64,000 nucleotides of DNA from Bugula neritina. Its lineage: Eukaryota > Animalia > Bryozoa. Where the stretch lies: positions 1,178,001 to 1,242,000 of the forward strand of contig CAXIUT010000230.1 of the NCBI GenBank assembly GCA_964035545.1, written 5' to 3'. Shown here piece by piece: positions 45,401-62,700 of the stretch; the first letter of the stretch is position 1, and each line of letters begins with the position of its first letter. The position numbers were made by a program, and so were the translations under genes. The notes under the pieces are model-generated. The model was not told the DNA's origin. It saw nothing but the letters and a program-made list of their open reading frames with translations, and did no database searches.

Positions 45401-48400
45401 AACATACTGAAATACATTGCAACACATTAAAATATACTGCGACATACTGAAACATACTGCAACATGCTGAAATATACTGCAACATACTGAAATACACTAT
45501 AACATATTGAAATATACTGCAACATACTGAATTACACTCTAACATACTGAAATATGCTGTAGCATACTGAAATACACTGCAACACACTGAAGTATACTGT
45601 AATACACTGAAATGTAATGCAACATACTGAATTATACTGCAACATAGTGCAACATACTGAAATACACTGTGACACACTGAAATACACTGAAACATAATGC
45701 AACATACTGCAACATACTGAAATACACTGTAACATATCGAAACACACTGCAACATACTGCAACATACTGCAACATACTGAAATACACTACAACATACTGC
45801 AACATACTGAAATACACTGGAACATATTGAAATACACTGCGACACATTGAAACATACTGCAACATACTGAAATATACTGCAAGATACTGCAACATACTGA
45901 AACAGACTGTGACATACTGAAATACACTGCAACATACTGCAAGATACCGCAACCTACTGAAATACACTGAAACATATTGAAATACACTGCATCATACTGC
46001 AACATACTGAATTACACTGGAACATATTGATATACACTGCAACACATTGAAATATACTGCAACACACTGAAACATACGGCAATATACCGAAATATACTGC
46101 GACACCTTGAAAAATACTACAACATACGAAATATATTGCAAGTGGTGCAACATACTGAAATACAATGTGACACACTGGAATACACTGCAACATACTGCAA
46201 CATACTGCAACATACTGAAATACACTGTAACATATTGAATTACACTGCATCATACTGCAACATACTGAAAAACACTGGAACATATTGATATACACTGCAA
46301 CTCATTGAAATATACTGCAACACACTGCAACATACGGCAGCATACCGAAATATACTGCGACACCTTGAAAAATACTGCAACATACTGAAATATACTGCAA
46401 GTGGGGCAACATACTGAAATACGCTGTGACATACTGAAGTACACTGCAACATACTGCAAGATACTGCACTGTACGGAAATACAGCGTAACTTACTGAATT
46501 ACACTGAATCATACTGCAACATACTGAGATACACTGGAACATATTGATATACACTGCAACACATTGAAATATACTGCAACACACTGATCCATATGACAAC
46601 ATACCAAAATTTACTGCGACACACTGAAAAATTTTGCAACATACGAATTATACTTCAAGTGGTGCAACATTCTGAAATACAATGTGACACACTGAAATAC
46701 ACTGCAACATACTGCAACATACTGCAACATACTGAAATATTGTGCGACACATTGAAATATACTGCAACATATTGAAATATACTGTAACATACTGCAACAT
46801 ACTAAAATACACTGCAACATACTGAAATACATTGCAACACATTAAAATATACTGCGACATACTGAAACATACTGCAACATGCTGAAATATACTGCAACAT
46901 ACTGAAATACACAATAACATATTGAAATATACTGCAACATACTGAATTACACTCTAACATACTGAAATATGCTGTAGCATACTGAAATACACTGCAATAC
47001 ACTGAAGTTTACTGTAATACACTGAAATGTAATGCAACATACTGAATTATACTGCAACATAGTGCAACATACTGAAATACACTGTGACACACTGAAATAC
47101 ACTGAAACATAATGCAACATACTGCAACATACTGAAATACACTGTAACATATCGAAATACACTGCAACATACTGCAACATACTGCAACATACTGAAATAC
47201 ACCGTAACATATCGAAATACACTTCAACATACTGCAACATACTGAAATGCACCGGAACATAATGGAATACCCTGCAACACATTGAAATATACTGCAACAG
47301 ACTGAAACATAAGGTAACACAATGAAGTATTCTGCGACACATTAAAACATACTGCAACATACTGTAATACACTGTAACATATCGAAATACACTGCAACAT
47401 ACTGCAACATACTGCAACATACTGAAATACACTACAAAATACTGCAACATACTGAAATACACTGGAACATATTGAAATACACTGCGACATATTGAAACAT
47501 ACTGCAACATACTGAAATATACTGCAAGATACTGCAACATACTGAAACAGACTGTGACATACTGAACTACACTGCAACATACTGCAAGATACCGCAACCT
47601 ACTGAAATACAATGAAACATATTGAAATACACTGCAACACATTGAAATATACTGCAACATACTGAAATACACTATAACATATTGAAACATAATGCAACAT
47701 ACTGCAACATACTGAAATACACTGTAACATATCGAAATACACTGCAACATACTGCAACATACTGCAACATACTAAAATACACTGCAACACATTAAAATAT
47801 ACTGCAACATACTGAAACATACTGCAACATACTGAAGTACACTGTGACACCCTGAAATACACTGCAACATACTGCAACATACTGCAACATACTGAATTAC
47901 ACTGGAACATATTGATATACACTGCAACACATTGAAATATACTGCAACACACTGAACCATATGACAACATACCGAAATTTACTGCGACACACTGAAAAAT
48001 TTTGCAACATACAAATTATACTTCAAGTGGTGCAACATTCTGAAATACAATGTGACACACTGAAATACACTGCAACATACTGCAACATACTGCAACATAC
48101 TGAAATATTGTGCGACACATTGAAATATACTGCAACATATTGAAATATACTGTAACATGCTGCAACATACTAAAATACACTGCAACATACTGAAATACAT
48201 TGCAACACATTAAAATATACTGCGACATACTGAAACATACTGCAACATGCTGAAATATACTGCAACATACTGAAATACACTATAACATATTGAAATATAC
48301 TGCAACATACTGAATTACACTCTAACATACTGAAATATGCAGTAGCATACTGAAATACACTGCAACACACTGAAGTATACTGTAATACACTGAAATGAAA

Positions 48401-51400
48401 TGCAACATACTGAATTATACTGCAACATAGTGCAACATACTGAAATACACTGTGACACACTGAAATTCACTGAAACATAATGCAACATACTGCAACATAC
48501 TGAAATACACTGTAACATATCGAAATACACTGCAACATACTGCAACATACTGCAACATACTGAAATACACCGTAACATATCGAAATACACTTCAACATAC
48601 TGCAACATACTGAAATGCACCGGAACATAATGGAATACCCTGCAACACATTGAAATATACTGCAACAGACTGAAACATAAGGTAACACAATGAAGTATAC
48701 TGCGACACATTAAAATATACTGCAACATACTGAAATAGACTGCAACATACTGAAATGTAATGTAATATACAGAAATGTACTGTAACATACTGAATTACAC
48801 TCTAACATACTGAATAATGCTGTAGCATACTGAAATACACTGCAACACACTGAAGTATACTGTAATACACTGAAATGTGATGCAACATACTGAATTATAC
48901 TGCAACATAGTGCAACATACTGAAATACACTACAACAAACTGCAACATACTGAAATACACTGGAACATATTGAAATACACTGCGACACATTGAAACATAC
49001 TGCAACATACTGAAATACACTGGGAGACATTGAAATACACTGCAACATACTGCAACATACTGCAGCATACTGCAACATACTGAAATACACTACAACATAC
49101 TGCAACATACTGGAATACACTGGAACATATTGAAATACACTGCGACACATTGAAACATACTGCAACATACTGAAATATACTGCAAGATACTGCAACATAC
49201 TGAAACAGACTGTGACATACTGAAATACACTGCAACATACTGCAAGATACCGGAACCTACTGAAATACACTGAAACATATTGAAATACACTGCAACACAT
49301 TGAAATATACTGCAACATACTGAAATACACTATAACATATTGAAACATAATGCAACATACTGCAACATACTGAAATACACTGTAACATATCGAAATACAC
49401 TGCAACATACTGCAACATACTGCAACATACTAAAATACACTGCAACACATTAAAATATACTGCAACATACTGAAACATACTGCAACATACTGAAATACAC
49501 TGTGACACCCTGAAATACACTGCAACATACTGCAACATACTGCAACATACTGAATTACACTGGAACATATTGATATACACTGCAACACATTGAAATATAC
49601 TGCAACACACTGAACCATATGACAACAGACCGAAATTTACTGCGACACACTGAAAAATTTTGCAACATACGAATTATACTTCAAGTGGTGCAACATTCTG
49701 AAATACAATGTGACACACTGAAATACACTGCAACATACTGCAACATACTGCAACATACTGAAATATTGTGCGACACATTGAAATATACTGCAACATATTG
49801 AAATATACTGTAACATGCTGCAACATACTAAAATACACTGCAACATACTGAAATACATTGCAACACATTAAAATATACTGCGACATACTGAAACATACTG
49901 CAACATGCTGAAATATACTGCAACATACTGAAATACACTATAACACATTGAAATATACTGCAACATACTGAATTACGCTCTAACATACTGAAATATGCTG
50001 TAGCATACTGAAATACACTGCAACACACTGAAGTATACTGTAATACACTGAAATGTAACGCAACATACTGAATTATACTGCAACATAGTGCAACATACTG
50101 AAATACACTGTGACACACTGAAATACACTGAAACATAATGCAACATACTGCAACATACTGAAATACACTGTAACATATCGAAATACACTGCAACATACTG
50201 CAACATACTGAAATACACCGTAACATATCGAAATACACTTCAACATACTGCAACATACTGAAATGCACCGGAACATAATGGAATACCCTGCAACACATTG
50301 AAATATACTGCAACAGACTGAAACATAAGGTAACACAATGAAGTATACTGCGACACATTAAAATATACTGCAACATACTGAAATAGACTGTAACATATCG
50401 AAATGCACTGCAACATACTGCAACATACTGCAACATACTGAATTACACTGGAACATATTGATATACACTGCAACACATTGAAATATACTGCAACACACTG
50501 AACCATATGACAACATACCGAAATTTACTGCGACACACTGAAAAATTTTGCAACATACGAATTATACTTCAAGTGGTGCAACATTCTGAAATACAATGTG
50601 ACACACTGAAATACACTGCAACATACTGCAACATACTGCAACATACTGAAATATTGTGCGACACATTGAAATATACTGCAACATATTGAAATATACTGTA
50701 ACATGCTGCAACATACTAAAATACACTGCAACATACTGAAATACATTGCAACACATTAAAATATACTGCGACATACTGAAACATACTGCAACATGCTGAA
50801 ATATACTGCAACATACTGAAATACACTATAACATATTGAAATATACTGCAACATACTGAATTACGCTCTAACATACTGAAATATGCTGTAGCATACTGAA
50901 ATACACTGCAACACACTGAAGTATACTGTAATACACTGAAATGTAACGCAACATACTGAATTATACTGCAACATAGTGCAACATACTGAAATACACTGTG
51001 ACACACTGAAATACACTGAAACATAATGCAACATACTGCAACATACTGAAATACACTGTAACATATCGAAATACACTGCAACATACTGCAACATACTGCA
51101 ACATACTGAAATACACCGTAACATATCGAAATACACTTCAACATACTGCAACATACTTAAATGCACCGGAACATAATGGAATACCCTGCAACACATTGAA
51201 ATATACTGCAACAGACTGAAACATAAGGTAACACAATGAAGTATACTGCGGCACATTAAAATATACTGCAACATACTGAAATAGACTGCAACATACTGAA
51301 ATGTAATGTAATATACAGAAATGTACTGTAACATACTGAATTACACTCTAACATACTGAAATATGCTGTAGCATACTGAAATACACTGCAACACACTGAA

Positions 51401-53829
51401 GTATACTGTAATACACTGAAATGTGATGCAACATACTGAATTATACTGCAACATAGTGCAACATACTGAAATACACTACAACGAACTGCAACATACTGAA
51501 ATACACTGGAACATATTGAAATACACTGCGACACATTGAAACATACTGCAACATACTGAAATACACTGGGACACATTGAAATACACTGCAACATACTGCA
51601 ACATACTGCAACATACTGAAATACATTGCAACACATTAAAATATACTGCAACATACTGAAACCTACTGCAACATACTGAAATATACTGCAACACACTGAA
51701 ACATACGGCAACATACCGAAATAAACTGCGACACGTTGAAAATTACTGCAACATACTGAAATATACTGCGACGCCTTAAAATATACTGCAACATACTGAA
51801 ATAGACTGCAAGTGGTGCAACATACTGGAATACACAGTGACACACTGAAATCCACTGCAACATACTGCAACATACTGCAACATACTGAAATATTGTGTGA
51901 CAGAATAAAATATACTGCAACATATCGAAATATACTGTAACATACTGCAACATACTAAAATACACTGCAACACATTAAAATATACTGCAACATACTGAAA
52001 CATACTGCAACATACTGAAATACACTGTGACACCCTGAAATACACTGCAACATACTGCAACATACTGCAACATACTGAATTACACTGGAACATATTGATA
52101 TACACTGCGACACATTGAAATATACTGCAACACACTGAACCATATGGCAACATACCAAAATTTACTGCGACAGACTGAAAAATACTGCAACATACGAATT
52201 ATACTTCAAGTGGTACAACGTACTGAAAGACAATGTGACACACTGAAATACACTGCAACATACTGCAACATACTGCAACATACTGAAATATTGTGCGACA
52301 CATTGAAATATACTGCAACGTATTGAAATATACTGTAACATACTGCAACATACTAAAATACACTGCAACATACTGAAATACATTGCAACACATTAAAATA
52401 TACTGCGACATACTGAAACATACTGCAACATGCTGAAATATACTGCAACATGCTGAAATACACTATAACATATTGAAATATACTGCAACATACTGAATTA
52501 CACTCTAACATACTGAAATATGCTGTAGCATACTGAAATACACTGCAACATACTGAAGTATACTGTAATACACTGAAATGTGATGCAACATACTGAATTA
52601 TACTGCAACATAGTGCAACATACTGAAATACACTGTGACACACTGAAATACAACGAAACATAATGCAACATACTGCAACATACTGAAATACACTGTAACA
52701 TATCGAAATGCACTGCAACATACTGCAACATACTGCAACATACTGAATTACACTCTAACATACTGAAATATGCTGTAGCATACTGAAATACACTGCAACA
52801 TACTGAAGTATACTGTAATACACTGAAATGTGATGCAACATACTGAATTATACTGCAACATAGTGCAACATACTGAAATACACTACAACAAACTGCAACA
52901 TACTGAAATACACTGGAACATATTGAAATACACTGCGACACATTGAAACATACTGCAACATACTGAAATACACTGGGACACATTGAAATACACTGCAACA
53001 TACTGCAACATACTGCAACATACTGAAATACATTGCAACACATTAAAATATACTGCAACATACTGAAACCTACTGCAACATACTGAAATATACTGCAACA
53101 CACTGAAACATACGGCAACATACCGAAATAAACTGCGACACGTTGAAAATTACTGCAACATACTGAAATATACTGCGACGCCTTAAAATATACTGCAACA
53201 TACTGAAATAGACTGCAAGTGGTGCAACATACTGAAATACACTGTGACACACTGAAATACACTGCAACATACTGCAACATACTGCAACATACTGAAATAT
53301 TGTGCGACACAATAAAATATACTGCAACATATTGAAATATACTGTAACATACTGCAACATACTAAAATACACTGCAACATATTAAAATATACTGCAACAT
53401 ACTGAAACATACTGCAACATACTGAAATACACTGTGACACCCTGAAATACACTGCAACATACTGCAACATACTGCAACATACTGAATTACACTGGAACAT
53501 ATTGATATACACTGCAACACATTGAAATATACTGCAACACACTGAACCATATGGCAACATACCGAAATTTACTGCGACACACTGAAAAATACTGCAACAT
53601 ACGAATTATACTTCAAGTGGTACAACATACTGAAATACAATGTGAGACACTGAAATACACTGCAACATACTGCAACATACTGCAACATACTGAAATATTG
53701 TGCGACACATTGAAATATACTGCAACGTATTGAAATATACTGTAACATACTGCAACATACTAAAATACATTGCAACATACTGAAATACATTGCAACACAT
53801 TAAAATATACTGCGACATACTGAAACATA

Positions 53830-56800
53830 CTGCAACAAGCTGAAATATACTGCAACATACTGAAATACACTATAACATATTGAAATATACTGCAACATAC
53901 TGAATTACACTCTAACATACTGAAATATGCTGTAGCATACTGAAATACACTGCAACACACTGAAGTATACTGTAATACCCTGAAATGTAATGCAACATAC
54001 TGAATTATACTGCAACATAGTGCAACATACTGAAATACACTGTGACACACTGAAATACACTGAAACATAATGCAACATACTGCAACATACTGAAATACAC
54101 TGTAACATATCGAAATACACTGCAACATACTGCAACATACTGAAATACACTACAGCATACTGCAACATACTGAAATACACTGGAACATATTGAAATACAC
54201 TGCGACACATTGAAACATACTGCAACATACTGAAATATACTGCAAGATACTGCAACATACTGAAACAGACTGTGACATACTGAAATACACTGCAACATAC
54301 TGCAAGATACCGCAACCTACTGAAATACACTGAAACATATTGAAATACAGTGCATCATACTGCCACATACTGAATTACACTGGAACATATTGATATACAC
54401 TGCAACACATTGAAATATACTGCAACACACTGAAACATACGGCAATATACCAAAATATACTGCGACACCTTGAAAAATACTGCAACATACGAAATATACT
54501 GCAAGTGGTGCAACATACTGAAATACAATGTGACACACTGGAATACACTGCAACATACTGCAACATACTGCAACATACTGAAATACACTGTAACATATTG
54601 AATTACACTGCATCATACTGCAACATACTGAAAAACACTGGAACATATTGATATACACTGCAACTCATTGAAATATACTGCAACACACTGCAACATACGG
54701 CAGCATACCGAAATATACTGCGACACCTTGAAAAATACTGCAACATACTGAAATATACTGCAAGTGGGGCAACATACTGAAATACACTGTGACATACTGA
54801 AATACACTGCAACATACTGCAGGATACTGCAACGTACGGAAATACAGTGTAACTTATTGAATTACACTGAATCATACTGCAACATACTGAGATACACTGG
54901 AACATATTGATATACACTGCAACACATTGAAATATACTGCAACACACTGAACCATATGACAACATACCAAAATTTACTGCGACACACTGAAAAATTTTGC
55001 AACATACGAATTATACTTCAAGTGGTGCAACATTCTGAAATACAATGTGACACACTGAAATACACTGCAACATACTGCAACATACTGCAACATACTGAAA
55101 TATTGTGCGACACATTGAAATATACTGCAACATATTGAAATATACTGTAACATACTGCAACATACTAAAATACACTGCAACATACTGAAATACATAGCAA
55201 CACATTAAAATATACTGCGACATACTGAAACATACTGCAACATGCTGAAATATACTGCAACATACTGAAATACACTATAACATATTGAAATATACTGCAA
55301 CATACTGAATTACACTCTAACATACTGAAATATGCTGTAGCATACTGAAATACACTGCAACACACTGAAGTATACTGTAATACACTGAAATGTAATGCAA
55401 CATACTGAATTATACTGCAACATAGTGCAACATACTGAAATACACTGTGACACACTGAAACACACTGAAACATAATGCAACATACTGCAACATACTGAAA
55501 TACACTGTAACATATCGAAATACACTGCAACATACTGCAACATACTGCAACATACTGAAATACACCGTAACATATCGAAATACACTTCAACATACTGCAA
55601 CATACTGAAATGCACCGGAACATAATGGAATACCCTGCAACACATTGAAATATACTGCAACAGACTGAAACATAAGGTAACACAATGAAGTATACTGCGA
55701 CACATTAAAATATACTGCAACATACTGTAATAGACTGCAACATACTGAAATGTAATGTAATATACAGAAATGTACTGTAACATATTGAATTACACTCTAA
55801 CATACTGAAATATGCTGTTGCATACTGAAATACACTGCAACACACTGAGGTATACTGTAATACACTGAAATGTGATGCAACATACTGAATTATACTGCAA
55901 CATAGTGCAACATACTGAAATACACTACAACAATCTGCAACATACTGAAATACACTGGGACACATTGAAATACACTGCAAAATACTGCAACATACTGCAA
56001 CATACTGAAATACATTGCAACACATTAAAATATACTGCAACATACTGAAACATACTGAAATATACTGCAACACACTGAAACATACGGCAACATACCGAAA
56101 TAAACTGCGACACGTTGAAAATTACTGCAACATACTGAAATATACTGCGACGCCTTAAAATATACTGCAACATACTGAAATAGACTGCAAGTGGTGCAAC
56201 ATACTGAAATACCTTGTGACACACTGAAATAGACTGCAACATACTGCAACATACTGAAATATTGTGCGACACAATAAAATATACTGCAACATATTGAAAT
56301 ATACTGTAACATACTGCAACATACTAAAATACACTGCAACACATTAAAATATACTGCAACATACTGAAACATACTGCAACATACTGAAATACACTGTGAC
56401 ACCCTGAAATACACTGCAACATACTGCAACATACTGCAACATACTGAATTGCACTGGAACATATTGATATACACTGCAACACATTGAAATATACTGCAAC
56501 ACACTGAACCATATGGCAACATACCGAAATTTACTGCGACACACTGAAAAATACTGCAACATACGAATTATACTTCAAGTGGTACAACATACTGAAAGAC
56601 AATGTGACACACTGAAATGCACTGCAACATACTGCAACATTCTGCAACATACTGAAATATTGTGCGACACATTGAAATGTACTGCAACGTATTGAAATAT
56701 ACTGTAACATACTGCAACATACTAAAATACACTGCAACATACTGAAATACATTGCAACACATTAAAATATACTGCGACATACTGAAACATACTGCAACAA

Positions 56801-59770
56801 GCTGAAATATACTGCAACATACTGAAATACACTATAACATATTGAAATATACTGCAACATACTGAATTACACTCTAACATACTGAAATATGCTGTAGCAT
56901 ACTGAAATACACTGCAACACACTGAAGTATACTGTAATACACTGAAATGTAATGCAACATACTGAATTATACTGCAACATAGTGCAACATACTGAAATAC
57001 ACTGTGACACACTGAAATACACTGAAACATAATGCAACATACTGCAACATACTGAAATACACTGTAACATATCGAAATACACTGCAACATACTGCAACAT
57101 ACTGCAACATACTGAAATACACTACAGCATACTGCAACATACTGAAATACACTGGAACATATTGAAATACACTGCGACACATTGAAACATACTGCAACAT
57201 ACTGAAATATACTGCAAGATACTGCAACATACTGAAACAGACTGTGACATACTGAAATACACTGCAACATACTGCAAGATACCGCAACCTACTGAAATAC
57301 ACTGAAACATATTGAAATACAGTGCATCATACTGCCACATACTGAATTACACTGGAACATATTGATATACACTGCAACACATTGAAATATACTGCAACAC
57401 ACTGAAACATACGGCAATATACCAAAATATACTGCGACACCTTGAAAAATACTGCAACATACGAAATATACTGCAAGTGGTGCAACATACTGAAATACAA
57501 TGTGACACACTGGAATACACTGCAACATACTGCAACATACTGCAACATACTGAAATACACTGTAACATATTGAATTACACTGCATCATACTGCAACATAC
57601 TGAAAAACACTGGAACATATTGATATACACTGCAACTCATTGAAATATACTGCAACACACTGCAACATACGGCAGCATACCGAAATATACTGCGACACCT
57701 TGAAAAATACTGCAACATACTGAAATATACTGCAAGTGGGGCAACATACTGAAATACACTGTGACATACTGAAATACACTGCAACATACTGCAGGATACT
57801 GCAACGTACGGAAATACAGTGTAACTTATTGAATTACACTGAATCATACTGCAACATACTGAGATACACTGGAACATATTGATATACACTGCAACACATT
57901 GAAATATACTGCAACACACTGAACCATATGACAACATACCAAAATTTACTGCGACACACTGAAAAATTTTGCAACATACGAATTATACTTCAAGTGGTGC
58001 AACATTCTGAAATACAATGTGACACACTGAAATACACTGCAACATACTGCAACATACTGCAACATACTGAAATATTGTGCGACACATTGAAATATACTGC
58101 AACATATTGAAATATACTGTAACATACTGCAACATACTAAAATACACTGCAACATACTGAAATACATAGCAACACATTAAAATATACTGCGACATACTGA
58201 AACATACTGCAACATGCTGAAATATACTGCAACATACTGAAATACACTATAACATATTGAAATATACTGCAACATACTGAATTACACTCTAACATACTGA
58301 AATATGCTGTAGCATACTGAAATACACTGCAACACACTGAAGTATACTGTAATACACTGAAATGTAATGCAACATACTGAATTATACTGCAACATAGTGC
58401 AACATACTGAAATACACTGTGACACACTGAAACACACTGAAACATAATGCAACATACTGCAACATACTGAAATACACTGTAACATATCGAAATACACTGC
58501 AACATACTGCAACATACTGCAACATACTGAAATACACCGTAACATATCGAAATACACTTCAACATACTGCAACATACTGAAATGCACCGGAACATAATGG
58601 AATACCCTGCAACACATTGAAATATACTGCAACAGACTGAAACATAAGGTAACACAATGAAGTATACTGCGACACATTAAAATATACTGCAACATACTGT
58701 AATAGACTGCAACATACTGAAATGTAATGTAATATACAGAAATGTACTGTAACATATTGAATTACACTCTAACATACTGAAATATGCTGTTGCATACTGA
58801 AATACACTGCAACACACTGAGGTATACTGTAATACACTGAAATGTGATGCAACATACTGAATTATACTGCAACATAGTGCAACATACTGAAATACACTAC
58901 AACAATCTGCAACATACTGAAATACACTGGGACACATTGAAATACACTGCAAAATACTGCAACATACTGCAACATACTGAAATACATTGCAACACATTAA
59001 AATATACTGCAACATACTGAAACATACTGAAATATACTGCAACACACTGAAACATACGGCAACATACCGAAATAAACTGCGACACGTTGAAAATTACTGC
59101 AACATACTGAAATATACTGCGACGCCTTAAAACATACTGCAACATACTGAAATAGACTGCAAGTGGTGCAACATACTGAAATACCTTGTGACACACTGAA
59201 ATACACTGCAACATACTGCAACATACTGAAATATTGTGCGACACAATAAAATATACTGCAACATATTGAAATATACTGTAACATACTGCAACATACTAAA
59301 ATACACTGCAACACATTAAAATATACTGCAACATACTGTAACATACTGCAACATACTGAAATACACTGTGACACCCTGAAATACACTGCAACATACTGCA
59401 ACATACTGCAACATACTGAATTGCACTGGAACATATTGATATACACTGCAACACATTGAAATATACTGCAACACACTGAACCATATGGCAACATACCGAA
59501 ATTTACTGCGACACACTGAAAAATACTGCAACATACGAATTATACTTCAAGTGGTACAACATACTGAAAGACAATGTAACACACTGAAATGCACTGCAAC
59601 ATACTGCAACATTCTGCAACATACTGAAATATTGTGCGACACATTGAAATGTACTGCAACGTATTGAAATATACTGTAACATACTGCAACATACTAAAAT
59701 ACACTGCAACATACTGAAATACATTGCAACACATTAAAATATACTGCGACATACTGAAACATACTGCAAC
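53830..59770. repeat. Tandem duplication of one full 2,972-bp right-type HOR unit
   Basis: Offsets 54317->57289, 54956->57928, 55705->58677 and 56513->59485 are all 2,972. Private variants tacagcatac, gtgcatcatactgccac and ctgttgcat occur in both copies. Confidence 0.9.
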
Positions 59771-62700
59771 AAGCTGAAATATACTGCAACATACCGAAAT
59801 ACACTATAACATATTGAAATATACTGCAACATACTGAATTACACTCTAACATACTGAAATATGCTGTAGCATACTGAAATACACTGCAACACACTGAAGT
59901 ATACTGTAATACACTGAAATGTAATGCAACATACTGAATTATACTGCAACATAGTGCAACATACTGAAATACACTGTAACATATCGAAATACACTGCAAC
60001 ATACTGCAACATACTGCAACATACTGAAATACACTACAACATACTGCAACATACTGAAATACACTGAAACATATTGAAATACACTGCGACACATTGAAAC
60101 ATACTGCAACATACTGAAATATACTGCAAGATACTGCAACATACTGAAACAGACTGTGACATACTGAAATACACTGCAACATACTGCAAGATACCGCAAC
60201 CTACTGAAATACACTGAAACATATTGAAATACACTGCATCATACTGCAACATACTGAATTACACTGGAACATATTGATATACACTGCAACACATTGAAAT
60301 ATACTGCAACACACTGAAACATACGGCAATATACCAAAATATACTGCGACACCTTGAAAAATACTACAACATACGAAATATACTGCAAGTGGTGCAACAT
60401 ACTGAAATACAATGTGACACACTGGAATACACTGCAACATACTGCAACATACTGCAACATACTGCAACATACTGGAATACACTGTAACATATTGAATTAC
60501 ACTGCATCATACTGCAACATACTGAAAAACACTGGAACATATTGATATACACTGCAACTCATTGAAATATACTGCAACACACTGCAACATACGGCAGCAT
60601 ACCGAAATATACTGCGACACCTTGAAAAATACTGCAACATACTGAAATATACTGCAAGTGGGGCAACATACTGAAATACGCTGTGACATACTGAAGTACA
60701 CTGCAACATACTGCAAGATACTGCACTGTACGGAAATACAGCGTAACTTACTGAATTACACTGAATCATACTGCAACATACTGAGATACACTGGAACATA
60801 TTGATATACACTGCAACACATTGAAATATACTGCAACACACTGATCCATATGACAACATACCAAAATTTACTGCGACACACTGAAAAATTTTGCAACATA
60901 CGAATTATACTTCAAGTGGTGCAACATTCTGAAATACAATGTGACACACTGAAATACACTGCAACATACTGCAACATACTGCAACATACTGAAATATTGT
61001 GCGACACATTGAAATATACTGCAACATATTGAAATATACTGTAACATACTGCATCATACTAAAATACACTGCAACATACTGAAATACATTGCAACACATT
61101 AAAATATACTGCGACATACTGAAACATACTGCAACATGCTGAAATATACTGCAACATACTGAAGTACACAATAACATATTGAAATATACTGCAACATACT
61201 GAATTACACTCTAACATACTGAAATATGCTGTAGCATACTGAAATACACTGCAATACACTGAAGTATACTGTAATACACTGAAATGTAACGCAACATACT
61301 GAATTATACTGCAACATAGTGCAACATACTGAAATACACTGTGACACACTGAAATACACTGAAACATAATGCAACATACTGCAACATACTGAAATACACT
61401 GTAACATATCGAAATACACTGCAACATACTGCAACATACTGCAACATACTGAAATACACCGTAACATATCGAAATACACTTCAACATACTGCAACATACT
61501 GAAATGCACCGGAACATAATGGAATACCCTGCAACACATTGAAATATACTGCAACAGACTGAAACATAAGGTAACACAATGAAGTATTCTGCGACACATT
61601 AAAATATACTGCAACATACTGTAATACACTGTAACATATCGAAATACACTGCAACATACTGCAACATACTGCAACATACTGAAATACACTACAACATACT
61701 GCAACATACTGAAATACACTGGAACATATTGAAATACACTGCGACATATTGAAACATACTGCAACATACTGAAATATACTGCAAGATACTGCAACATACT
61801 GAAACAGACTGTGACATACTGAACTACACTGCAGCATACTGCAAGATACCGCAACCTACTGAAATACAATGAAACATATTGAAATACACTGCAACACATT
61901 GAAATATACTGCAACATACTGAAATACACTATAACATATTGAAACATAATGCAACATACTGCAACATACTGAAATACACTGTAACATATCGAAATACACT
62001 GCAACATACTGCAACATACTAAAATACACTGCAACACATTAAAATATACTGCAACATACTGAAACATACTGCAACATACTGAAGTACACTGTGACACCCT
62101 GAAATACACTGCAACATACTGCAACATACTGCAACATACTGAATTACACTGGAACATATTGATATACACTGCAACACATTGAAATATACTGCAACACACT
62201 GAACCATAAGGTAACACAATGAAGTATACTGCGACACATTAAAATATACTGCAACATACTGAAATAGACTGCAACATACTGAGATGTAATGTAATATACA
62301 GAAATGTACTGTAACATATTGAATTACACTCTAACATACTGAAATATGCTGTAGCATACTGAAATACACTGCAACACACTGAAGTATACTGTAATACACT
62401 GAAATGTGATGCAACATACTGAATTATACTGCAACATAGTGCAACATACTGAAATACACTACAACAAACTGCAACATACTGAAATACACTGGAACATATT
62501 GAAATACACTGCGACACATTGAAACATACTGCAACATACTGAAATACACTGGGACACATTGAAATACACTGCAACATACTGCAACATACTGCAACATACT
62601 GCAACATACTGAAATACATTGCAACACATTAAAATATACTGCAACATACTGAAACCTACTGCAACCTACTGAAATATACTGCAACACACTGAAAACATAC

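Noticed and set aside
1431-61032. Recurrent 60-aa + strand ORF MATYRNLLRHTEKY... as a multicopy small gene
   Set aside because: It is just the P cassette read from a chance ATG. The start or frame is lost or shortened in several copies (e.g. ccatacggc at ~29,541), and there is no non-repeat promoter or UTR context. It was used only as a positional landmark.
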